DNA of 63,590 bases, filler included, from Octopus bimaculoides (lineage: Eukaryota), in assembly GCF_001194135.2 (NCBI RefSeq). It is 4 parts of 4 records of this genome, joined end to end, with 100 filler letters (N's around TTAATTAATTAA, not from the genome) between each part and the next. Parts side by side here need not be neighbours in the genome. Positions count along the whole stretch, not along the records: positions 1 to 31,842 come from NC_068989.1; positions 31,943 to 57,900 come from NC_068984.1; 2 more parts are not named here. The stretch is one strand, 5' to 3'. The stretch's first letter is position 1. Every line of letters starts with the position of its first letter. Below the pieces are notes generated by a model, which saw only the letters and a list, made by a program, of their open reading frames with translations, was not told the origin of the DNA and ran no database searches. Made by a program: the position numbers and the translations under genes. Positions 25,194-36,279 of this stretch are shown here, piece by piece.

Positions 25194-27146
25194 TTGAGCC
25201 CATGTGGCACAAAGGCGCAAAGAAAGAAGATTAATCTCTGTTCATGGCAGAAACGGGAGTACGGATGGGCCCCTGTGCAAGCACAATCCAAACACGGACA
25301 GGTGTTGCTGCAAGGAGTGACAGCTATCCTAATTGACAGTACCTTAGTAGATAAAGCGATCAAGAGTATGAAGACAGGGAAAGCCCCTGGCCCATCAGGA
25401 ATCACTGCAGAGATGCTCAAAATATCTGGCAGTGTTGGCTATAGCCTAGTCACCTGTATTGTTAACCAGGTGATACATGAAGGAGTCATGCCCAATGACT
25501 GGTGTAGCAGCACCATAGTCAATTGCTACAAAGGTAAAGGTGATGCTTTAGATACAAATAATTACAGAGGTATCAAGTTGTTAGATTAGGTAATGAAGGT
25601 CATCGAGAGGGTCATAACCCAACTAATTAGGGAGAGAGTCTNNNNNNNNNNNNNNNNNNNNNNNNNNNNNNNNNNNNNNNNNNNNNNNNNNNNNNNNNNN
25701 NNNNNNNNNNNNNNNNNNNNNNNNNNNNNNNNNNNNNNNNNNNNNNNNNNNNNNNNNNNNNNNNNNNNNNNNNNNNNNNNNNNNNNNNNNNNNNNNNNNN
25801 NNNNNNNNNNNNNNNNNNNNNNNNNNNNNNNNNNNNNNNNNNNNNNNNNNNNNNNNNNNNNNNNNNNNNNNNNNNNNNNNNNNNNNNNNNNNNNNNNNNN
25901 NNNNNNNNNNNNNNNNNNNNNNNNNNNNNNNNNNNNNNNNNNNNNNNNNNNNNNNNNNNNNNNNNAGAGGTAGGAGTTCCACCAAGGTTCAGTCCTCAGC
26001 CCCCTCCTATTTATCATAGTCCTCCAGGCTGTAACAGAGGAATTTAAGATGGGATGCCCCTGGGAGCTCCTCTATGCTGATGACCTTGCCCTAATTGCTG
26101 AGTCACTATCAGAACTAGAGGAAAAGTTTCATGTGTGGAAGCAAGGACTAGAATTGAAGTGCCTTAGAGTCAACCTAGCTAAAACCAAAGTCCTAAAAAG
26201 TAGGAAGGTAGACAAAATGCAAACCCCTTCAGGTATATGGCCCTGCTCAATCTGTAGAAAAGGTGTAGGTAGAAACCCTATAAGATGCACCCAGTGCAAG
26301 CTATGGACACATAAGAGGTGCAGCAATATCAAAGGAAGGTTAACTAGGAAGTTAGTTTTTCTATGTGCCAGATGTTCAGGAGCAATAAACACTGAAAATG
26401 TGCAGAAAACTTTGGCCACTTTCCAGGGTGAAAAACTAGACTTAGTTGACAGCTTCTGCTATCTAGGTGAGCAAGTTAGTAGTGAAGGAGGGTGCGCTGA
26501 AAGTGTAGCTGCTAGAATAAGAATAGCCTGGGCAAAGTTCAGAGAGCCCTTACCTCTGCTGGTGACAAGGGGCCTGTCACTCAGAGTAAAAGGCAGATTG
26601 TATGACGCATGTGTACGAACAGCCATGCTTCATGGCAGTGAAACATGAGCCGTGACTGCTGAGGACATGCATAGGCTCGCAAGGAATGAAGCCAGTATGC
26701 TCCGATGGATGTATGATGTCAGTGTACATACTAGACAGAGTGTAAGTACCTTGAGAGAAAAGTTGAACCTAAGACGCATCAGTCGTGGTGTGCAAGAGAG
26801 ACAATTGTGCTGGTATGGTCATGTAGCGAGAATGGATGAGGATAGCTGTGTGAAAAAGTGCCACACCCCAGCAGTTGAGGGTACCTCTGGAAGTGGTAAG
26901 CCCAGGAAGACTTGGGATGAGGTGGTGAGGCACGACCTTCAAACATTGGGCCTCACCGAGGCGATGACTTCTGACCGAGACCTTTGGAAATATGCTGTGC
27001 GTGAGAAGATCCGGCAAGCCAAGTGAGACCAAAATCCAAGGCCTCTGCCAGGGGTGTAGCCAGTCCACTTATGCGCACCTTCCTTCATTGGACACTAAAC
27101 TCCTGTTAAGGCAAGTGAAATTGAAATCGAACTAAATTCGATGACT
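25194..27146 (+). mobile_element. RTE LINE, RT region to truncated 3' UTR, spanning an N gap
   Basis: GKAPGPSGITAEML, NYRGIKLL, LLYADDLAL and a Cys/His finger; stop codons at 25587 and 26647. Confidence 0.92.
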
Positions 27147-27271
27147 GGTTTTAGGGTTTTAGGGTTACTGTTACGGTTAAGGTTTTAGGGTCAGGGTTAG
27201 GGTTTTAGGGTTACGGTTAGGGTTTAGAGTTAGGGTTAGTGTTAGGGTTAGTGTTAGGGTTAGGGTTGGGT
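27147..27271 (+). repeat. Degenerate interstitial (TTAGGG)n-like array
   Basis: Mixed TTAGGG, TTTTAGGG, TTACGG and TTAGTG units. Confidence 0.85.
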
Positions 27272-27329
27272 AATCGTGCGGGGGTTAATCTGAAAAATTA
27301 CAGAAATGTGAAAACTACTGACCCTGCCA

Positions 27330-27830
27330 TCTATTATAATTTTTGTTGTTCTGTTTAATATATACATAGATTATGCCTCCAAAGAAGACAGTTTGCTGGA
27401 GAAAGATAGCAGCCGTTTTAAAAAGACAGCAACAGACTGCAGCAATTCACCACATTCCAGAAGCTACTCTGAACATAAGGCAAAATGGTGCATCAACATC
27501 TACTGCCCAATCTGATAGAATTCTGGCAAAACTGTGTAGCAACATCGCTAGCAATTGCTTCATCACAAATTGCCGTCCTAGCTCCTGTATAATCAGGGCA
27601 GCGCAAAAAGTTCTTTTGCACAAGCATTTCTATAGCCAATTAGACAGATTAAATTTACGTACGCTTAATAATGTTACGCAAAACAGCCTTCAGACTTTCC
27701 CTATTAATTTCATTGTCTTTTGAATTATGAACATATTTACATCATAAGGGTTTTTTCGTTGTAAGGCTTTCTTTTTTTAGTTGATTTTCACCTAGCAAGA
27801 CTTATCATAGATGGCGTAATAAGTCACACC
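27330..27830 (+). mobile_element. Putative Helitron 5' end with decayed N-terminal ORF (MPPKK...)
   Basis: A|TCTATTATAAT start; ORF 27373-27723 has an STAQSDRILAKL repeat-like segment and LDRLNL..LNNVTQN, resembling Helitron N-termini with the Cys residues lost. Confidence 0.4.
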
Positions 27831-28113
27831 NNNNNNNNNNNNNNNNNNNNNNNNNNNNNNNNNNNNNNNNNNNNNNNNNNNNNNNNNNNNNNNNNNNNNN
27901 NNNNNNNNNNNNNNNNNNNNNNNNNNNNNNNNNNNNNNNNNNNNNNNNNNNNNNNNNNNNNNNNNNNNNNNNNNNNNNNNNNNNNNNNNNNNNNNNNNTA
28001 TATATATATATATATCTTTATATAAATAAGGATAAGACCGATATATAAAAATATCGATCTTATCAAGTGGCCAGCATAGGAATAAAAACCATCAAAGGTA
28101 ACAATTATTTAAA

Positions 28114-28434
28114 ATTATAATATAGGGTATCTAAGAGATACGTGCATATATATGTATGTATACGTTCATATATGTAAGTATATCGCATGTTTATAAATAT
28201 ATATATATTTGTATTTATGTGCTTTTTCTGAGTATATTCCACCGATGAAGGCAGAGCATTTCTTATGCAGAGCCAGAAATCCAGGATCTGGAATTATCCA
28301 GTAATTTTTTGCTAGTTTATTTTGTTTTTGTCTTCGCTCTTTTGTGCCATATGAACATTTATTGTGGTATAGAGTCAAGATTTGACTGCTATTTTTCAGC
28401 GAGGCGGTATCTCTTAGATACCCTATATTATAAT
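28114..28434. mobile_element. MITE-like cassette bounded by a perfect 28-bp inverted repeat
   Basis: ATTATAATATAGGGTATCTAAGAGATAC at 28114-28141 and its exact reverse complement at 28407-28434. Confidence 0.7.
28236..28294 (+). ncRNA. Type I hammerhead ribozyme-like motif (U4C variant)
   Basis: Stem I ATTCCA/TGGAAT, core CCGATGA, stem II GGC...GCC, GAAA, stem III ATCC/GGAT, cleavage triplet AUC. Confidence 0.55.
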
Positions 28435-28440
28435 ATATAT

Positions 28441-31272
28441 ATCATCATCATCGTTTAACGTCTGCTTTCGATGCTAGCATGGGTTGGACAATTTGATTGA
28501 GGACTGGCAAGCCAGAAGGCTGCACCAGGCTCCAATCTGATCTGGCAGAGTTTCTACAGCTGGATGCCCTTCCTGACGCCAACCACTCCGAGAGTGTAGT
28601 GGGTGCTTTTATGTGCCACCGGCATGAGGGCCAGTCACAAAGTACTGGCAACAGCCACGCTCAAAAGGTGCTTTTACGTGCCACCTGCACGGGAGCCAGT
28701 CCAGCGACACTGGCAACAACCTCGCTCGAATGATTTTCTAACGTGCCACTAGCACAAGTGCTAGAAGGCAACGCTGGTAATGATTACGCTCTAATGGTGC
28801 TATTTACGGGCCACTAGCACAGAAGCCAGACAGCTGCTCTGGCAATGAACACGCTCGACAGTGCTGTTAGTGCTCCACTGGCACGGTGACCAGTCATCGA
28901 GTATGGTTCAATTTCGATTTCACTTGCCCCAGCAGGTCTTCGCAAGCAGAGTTTAGTGTCCAATGAAGAGGAGGTTGGCATGGGTGCCAGTCGTCGGATT
29001 CGGTTCGATTTCAATTTCAGATTTAGATTTCAAATTCCAAATTCCAAATTCACTTGCTTCAACAGGTCTTCGCAAGCAGGGTTTTTAGTGTCCAATGAAG
29101 TAAAGATACGGATTAGTGAGCTGGCCACACTTCTGGCAGAGATCACAGATTATGCTCTCACCTGCCTTGCCGGGTCTTCTCACGTACAGCATATTTCCAA
29201 CGATTCCGGTCACTGGTCATTGCCTCGGTGAGGCCTAATGTTCGAAGGTCGTGCTTCACCACCTCATCCAAGGTCTTCCTGGGTCTACCTCTTCCACTAG
29301 GGTTTGGCAATTTTTCCCACAACTATCCTCATTCATTCTTGCCACATGTCCATACCAGTGCAATCGTCTTTCTTGCACACCACAACTGATGCTTCTTAGG
29401 TCTAACTTTTCTCTCAAGGTACTTACACTTTGTTGTGTATGCACACTGACATTACACATACATCGGAGAATACTGGCTTCGTTTCTTGCAAGCTTACGCA
29501 TGTCCTCAGCAGTCACAGCCCATGTTTCACTGCCATGTAGCATGGCTGTTCGTACACATGCGTCATACAGTCTGCCATTTACTCTGAGTGAGAGGACCTT
29601 TGTCATCCAGCAGAGGTAAGAGCTCTCTAAACTTTGCCCAGACTATTCTTATTCTAGCAGCTACACTTTCAGTCCACCCTCCCTCGCTACTAACTTGGTC
29701 ACCTAGGTAGCGGAAGCTATCTACTACTTCTAATTTTTCACCCTGGAGTGTGGTAAAGGTTGTTTTCTGCACATTTTCAGTGTTTATTGCTCCTGAGCAT
29801 CTGCCACATACAAAAACTATCTTGTTAGTTAGCTGTCCTTTGATATTACTGCACCTCTTTTGTGTCCATAGCTTACACTCGGTACATCTTATGGAGTTTC
29901 TACCTATGCCTTTTCTACAGATCGAGCAGGGCCATCTACCTGAAGGTGTTTGTGTTTTGTCTACCTTCCTACTTATTAGGACTTTGGTTTTAGCTAGGTT
30001 GACTCTAAGGTACTTCAATTCTAGTCCTTGCTTCCACACCTGAAACCTCTCCTCTAGTTCTGATAGTGACTCAGCAATTAGGGCAAGGTCATCAGCATAG
30101 AGGAGCTCCCAGGGGCATCCCATCTTAAATTCCTCTGTTATTGCCTGGAGGACTATGATGAATAAGAGGGAGCTGAGGACTGAACCTTGATGGACCCCTA
30201 CCTCTACCCGGAATTCTTCACTGTACTCGTTGCCAACCCTCACCTTACTGACAGCGTCCCTGTACATGGCTTGCACAGCTCTCACTAACCACTCATCTAT
30301 CCCTAGTTTCCTCATTGACCACCAGATAATGTAGTGGGGGACCCTGTCAAAAGCTTCCTCCATGTCAACGAAATTCAGGTACAGAGGTTTATCTTTGGCT
30401 AGGTATTTCTCCTGAAGCTGTCTTACCAGAAATATAGCATCAGTGGTGCTTTTTCCTGGAACGAACCCAAACTGCATCTCATCTAAACTGACTCTCTCCC
30501 TAATTTGTTGGGCTATGACCCTCTTGGTAACCTTCATAACCTGGTCCAACAACTTGATACCTCTGTAATTGTTTGTGTCTAGAGCGCCACCTGTACCTTT
30601 GTAGCAGTTGACTATGGTGCTGCTACACCAGTCATTAGGTATGACTCCTTCGTGTATCACCTGATTACCTATACGGGTCATTAGGCTATAGCCGACACTG
30701 CCAGATATTTTGAGCATCTCTGCAGTGATTCCTGATGGGCCGGGGGCTTTCCCAGTCTTCATACTCTTAATTGCTTTATCTACCATGGTACTGTCAACTC
30801 GGATAGCTGGTCCCTCTGTTGGGTCGACATTCAGCAGACTCTCTTCTTCCCAATTATTCTCTTTATTAAGCAACCTTTCATAGTGGCATCTCCAGACCTC
30901 TTTCTTTGCAGCCTCATTTAGTGCAAGCATACCATCATCCATGTGGACACATTTCTCTCCTACGACATCACGATTCTCTCTCACACACTGTCCTGCAACA
31001 CAAAAAACTTCAAGCCTTTAGTCCTCGCAGCGCAGAACATTGGCAAATTTTTTCTTATCTGCTTCCCGTCTGGCTAAGTAAACCAGTCTCCTAGCTTCCC
31101 TTCTGGCAGTCTGATACAATTCTCTGCTACCTTCGTTTTCCCAGTCCTTCCAAGCCTGTTTCTTTTGTCTAATAGCCCTGTCAACCACATTGTTCCACCA
31201 CCACGTTACTTTGGGTCGAGAGGGGACTTTACACCAGCCACAGATCTGGTCGGTGGCTCTCAGCAGGTTGTC
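28441..31272 (-). mobile_element. 5'-truncated RTE LINE with (CAT)n tail at 28441
   Basis: Complete 3' UTR plus ORF2 RT region; no endonuclease domain present. Confidence 0.95.
29563..30984 (-). CDS. RTE ORF2 fragment, 473 aa: reverse transcriptase plus PHD-like Cys finger
   Basis: QFGFVPGKSTTDAIF, FVDMEEAFDRV, GVHQGSVLSSLLF and LYADDL; a frameshift near 29600 separates the C-terminus. Confidence 0.9.
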   Translation of the reverse strand: MRENRDVVGEKCVHMDDGMLALNEAAKKEVWRCHYERLLNKENNWEEESLLNVDPTEGPAIRVDSTMVDKAIKSMKTGKAPGPSGITAEMLKISGSVGYSLMTRIGNQVIHEGVIPNDWCSSTIVNCYKGTGGALDTNNYRGIKLLDQVMKVTKRVIAQQIRERVSLDEMQFGFVPGKSTTDAIFLVRQLQEKYLAKDKPLYLNFVDMEEAFDRVPHYIIWWSMRKLGIDEWLVRAVQAMYRDAVSKVRVGNEYSEEFRVEVGVHQGSVLSSLLFIIVLQAITEEFKMGCPWELLYADDLALIAESLSELEERFQVWKQGLELKYLRVNLAKTKVLISRKVDKTQTPSGRWPCSICRKGIGRNSIRCTECKLWTQKRCSNIKGQLTNKIVFVCGRCSGAINTENVQKTTFTTLQGEKLEVVDSFRYLGDQVSSEGGWTESVAARIRIVWAKFRELLPLLDDKGPLTQSKWQTV

Positions 31273-31842
31273 TCAAGGCAAGTGAATATGGAATTTGGAA
31301 TTTGATATTTGAAATCTGAAATCGAAATCGAACCGAATCCGACGACTGGCACCCATGCCAACCTCTCCTTCATTGGACACTAAACACTGCTTGTGAAGAC
31401 CTGTTGGGGCAAGTGAAATCGTAATTGAACCATACTCGATGACTGACACCGCACCAGTGGCCTGTAAATAGCACCAATTGAGCATAATCGTTACCAGTGT
31501 TGCCTTCTAGCACTTGTGCTGGTGGCACGTTAGTAAATCATTCGAGCGAGGTCGTTGCCAGTGGTGCTGGACTGGCTCCCGTGCAGGTGGCATGTAAAAA
31601 ACACCTTTTTAAGTGTGGCCGTTGCCAGTACTGTGTGACTGGCCCTTGTGCCAATGGCATTGTAAAAGCACCCACTACATTCTCGGAGTGGTTGGCATTA
31701 GGAAAGGCATCCAGCTGTAGAAACTCTGCCAGATCAGATTGGAGCCTGGTGCAGGCATTCAGTTTACCACTCCCCAGTCAAATCATCCAATCCATACTAG
31801 CATGGAAAGCGAACGTTAAACTATGATGATGATGATGATGAT
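31273..31842 (+). mobile_element. RTE 3' UTR with (GAT)n tail, head-to-head with the previous element
   Basis: Inverted copy of about 28441-29060, sharing subfamily motifs (GGAATTTGGAATTT, AACCATACTCGATGACTG). Confidence 0.9.
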
Positions 31843-31942
31843 NNNNNNNNNNNNNNNNNNNNNNNNNNNNNNNNNNNNNNNNNNNNTTAATTAATTAANN
31901 NNNNNNNNNNNNNNNNNNNNNNNNNNNNNNNNNNNNNNNNNN
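31843..31942. other. Artificial scaffold join: 44 N + TTAATTAATTAA + 44 N
   Basis: The same 100-bp structure recurs at 57901-58000 and 62419-62518; the linker gives stops in all six frames. Confidence 0.95.
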
Positions 31943-31975
<33 letters not shown>

Positions 31976-31989
31976 TAGGAGTTTTGTAT

Positions 31990-32850
31990 CGACAGTAATG
32001 CAAATATGAGCATAACATTTTTATTAACATTGATCGTTCAAATTGAAAATGTTGGAAGAATAATTTCTCCTCTCTAGAAATAGTCTCCATCACAAGAAAT
32101 GCAGTTGTAACATCATTGAACCCAGTTCTCGTATCGGTTTTAAAATGTTTGTGTATACACTGTTGTAGCCATTTAGTCATAGTCGCTTTCTCTACATCTT
32201 GTTTATCAAATCGCAGTCGCCCGAAGACTGAATTTCATTGGAGAATGAGGAGCGTTTTCAGATTCTTGTAATAATTTCTGTAAAGCATTTTGAGTGTCTC
32301 ACTGTACAACTTGATGTTTACGCTACAGCCACATTCAAGAAAATCAAGGAGATACATTTGTCATCCTTTAAAGCAGTCACAATAACGTTCTGAGCCAACA
32401 GCTGACTTTGAATTACTTCGACTTTAGAGAAGAGATGTATTGCCATCGGATCCTAAAAGCATGGTCACATGTTATTCACTTTCACCAGATCTGTAACAAA
32501 TTATTTTCATTGGTTTCAAACGATTCCAGCAGATAGATTAAAGCTGTCTTCCACCCTGTTTCAATTCAAATTGAACGTCAGCTGCATAGGTGCTCACTTT
32601 CCTACACACTTTCCGATATCCAAAGTCTTATACCATCATCTGTAATGTATTATGACTGCAGTCCAGTTCTGCAATAAGTTCACAGATTGTGACTAGTCTA
32701 ACCGCGCGAATCAATTCGTCTACTCGTTGACGATTCATGGCAGAGGGCGCAAGTGAGTGCGGAGTGTGTCTTTCATGTTGGTACCCCACTTCTTTAAAAT
32801 TCTTCATCCATCTGTGCATAACGCTTTTGTTAACGAGTCAACTCTGTACA
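31990..32850 (-). mobile_element. Decayed mariner transposase
   Basis: HRWMKNFKE...RVDELIRAVRLVTICELIAEL (HTH) and YLLDFLECGCSVNIKLYSETLK. Confidence 0.7.
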
Positions 32851-33044
32851 CAGCCTATAGCATTCTGTGGATTTCGGACAGCCTGCAAGATTTCTTTTAT
32901 TCTTTGTAAGCCTAGTGCTTATTCAATCGGTCTCTTATGTCGAACTGCTAATTTACGGGGACGTAAACACGCCAACATCGGTTGTCAAGCGATAGTGGGG
33001 GACAAATACAGACACATAAACATATTCATACACACACACACACA

Positions 33045-33101
<57 letters not shown>

Positions 33102-33472
33102 ATTAGAAAATGGAGGATAATATGCTGTACCCAACGACTTGCAGACAGTGTATCCCGTTGAATTCATTAACTTAATTTGTAACTAAAGTGACAAAAAGCC
33201 ACAAAGTACAAGTGTTTATGACGAACCATGTTATATTGACAACCGGGTTTACAAATAAAAGTACATAAGGAATTCGAGAATAAACATAAATTTAATCTTA
33301 CAGCTGTTTAGGCCTAGCGTTGGCATGCCCCATTCTATCCGAATAGCTCCTGCCGGAGCTGGGGTGGATATAATCGACTAGCCCCTTCTCACAGAATTTC
33401 TGGCCTCGTGAATATAATAGAAAGAATTATTTATATACGTATATATGACCACATATACGTATACACACACAC

Positions 33473-33518
<46 letters not shown>

Positions 33519-34062
33519 TTTCTGTATTTCACTAACAAAAACTCGAAATACCTTAAAGAACCTCTTACATGAAAGTCTATTATACTCACACACTCACACA
33601 AATACAACACTCCAATATTTGCGTATGTATGATTGAATGTGCTATCCCATATAGGTGTGGACTTTTTACATACATACACACACTTAGGCGCGTGTATACT
33701 TTTTTCCTCTTCAGATTTGTGATTTTTAATATAAAAACATTTACACATATAATTCTTTGTGGAACATATCATTGATGCACACATATTTCAAATTTCAGTT
33801 TTAATAAATATATTAAACCCAACAACACCTCGTTGTCCTACAACACTTACTACCCCTCATATTCAAAAATGCAAAACAATTGCATTGAATTTACTCATGT
33901 TGCTATCAAAATTATGCACTATTTTATCTCACCTGTGAAATCGCCTCGTGATTCAGATTTTGCATCTGGTTGCAGATTGTATTGTTCAAACCAAATTTAC
34001 TGCGTGTACGTTTGTGTATGTTTCTATAGATGTATGTAGTTATGTATATATGCGTATATGCG

Positions 34063-34107
<45 letters not shown>

Positions 34108-34620
34108 TTTTATATGTATGTACATATATAAATATATGTATATATATATNNNNNNNNNNNNNNNNNNNNNNNNNNNNNNNNNNNNNNNNNNNNNNNNNNN
34201 NNNNNNNNNNNNNNNNNNNNNNNNNNNNNNNNNNNNNNNNNNNNNNNNNNNNNNNNNNNNNNNNNNNNNNNNNNNNNNNNNNNNNNNNNNNNNNNNNNNN
34301 NNNNNNNNNNNNNNNNNNNNNNNNNNNNNNNNNNNNNNNNNNNNNNNNNNNNNNNNNNNNNNNNNNNNNNNNNNNNNNNNNNNNNNNNNNNNATATATAT
34401 ATATATATATACATATGCATATAGACACATACATATATACAACCACATCAATAATCGAATATGTGTGTTTATCTATATATATGCAAGCTTATATGTACAT
34501 GCATATATGCATATATATGTGTTTATGTGTATACATACACAGACATACAAATGTGCCTGTATTCATCTGTATTATATACAGGTGTGTGCATCTGTCCATG
34601 TATGTATGTATGTGCGGGTA

Positions 34621-34671
<51 letters not shown>

Positions 34672-35775
34672 ACATAATTAATTGAAAATGCATTACACAG
34701 CGTTTGGGGGCATTTAAAGTTTTAAACATCTTTTAAAAATAAACATACAGTTTTAACTTCAAAGATTTTTTTTCCGTGAGTAGAAAAATGAGATGGATTT
34801 GATCAGCTTCTCGTTTCTTTCACACCTTGATAAAATTATATGTTTATTAAAAAAACATGCCTTACATTTGAAATAACCACAAAATACCGTTTGTACTCTC
34901 TGTACTTAATTCACGTTGACAGTGCATTTTACGCTGTTTTAGTTGTATCTAATTTTGTACACACAATATATAGCTGTAAGCTACTAATCTCTCCTTGTAT
35001 TCAAGAATGTTTTCTTTCTCTGATGAAGGCGTAAAAGGACCAGGAACTAGTCTGATCAATTCTATTTTATGCCTGTGGACACATTATTTATTGAGAGCAA
35101 GAAGTTGAGTGAAACGGTTTTGGTATTTATTGTTACTCATCAGAGTCGTTTACTATGCTTTGCAAATTGTCGAATTTACGGAGAGTAAATTTTAGGACAA
35201 TATAAACAAATAGCATAGCATTTATGCATACACATTTATTCAAACTGCACCTGCTGGTGCCTTTGTTAGTATACATACATACATACATACATACATGCAC
35301 TAGTATACCTACAGCAACTCACATACACACACATACTTAAACATGCGTATACGCATATTTATGTTCTTTTTTCTTTTATCTTTACTGTCACTTAAACATG
35401 TGTTCCCCTCACTTCCATCATATTTTATCGATACTGTTTACAATTCTATACATTGATTTTTTTTTCTACAGTTTTGATCTTTTAAAATATGTTTATAAAC
35501 TCATATAAAATGTCTTTAATCTTTAACAAATGGAGATAAAAAAGAAAAAGAAAAAATAAACGAAAAATAATACGAACGAAATATTCGGGGTGGCGATTTT
35601 TGTGCAAAATGAATTAAATTTTTTTGTTTGATTATCTTTTCCATGAATTTTTTTTCAAATATCAATAACCTTAAATGAAGCAAAATAAAAGAAAATGAAA
35701 ATTTAAATTTTGTGTTTAATAGCCACCTCAGTAATAATGATACTGATAACAACAACAACAATAATAATAATGATG

Positions 35776-35841
<66 letters not shown>

Positions 35842-36178
35842 TGCAATCAAATAGAACAATCTTTACACACAACCTAGCATACAAACGCTACATAAGCTAA
35901 AACAACACAATTTGCGCAAAATATATTCTACAAGCTTAAAGCCCAATGATAAAAAAATGACCCACATTACATGTACCAAGCACAACAGAACAAACATTAA
36001 TATTAACAAGAAAGGAGAAACAAAACTATTAACAAAAAAAAAAAACTGACGCAGTACACTATCAGTAGAGTCTATACTCAGCCAATCCCCGCAAAAATAA
36101 GAACACAATACTGCACGCACCTCAGAAACACGGTGATGTACCTGGTACTGCAGTAGAATTCGCAAGAACTTACCGAAT

Positions 36179-36279
<101 letters not shown>

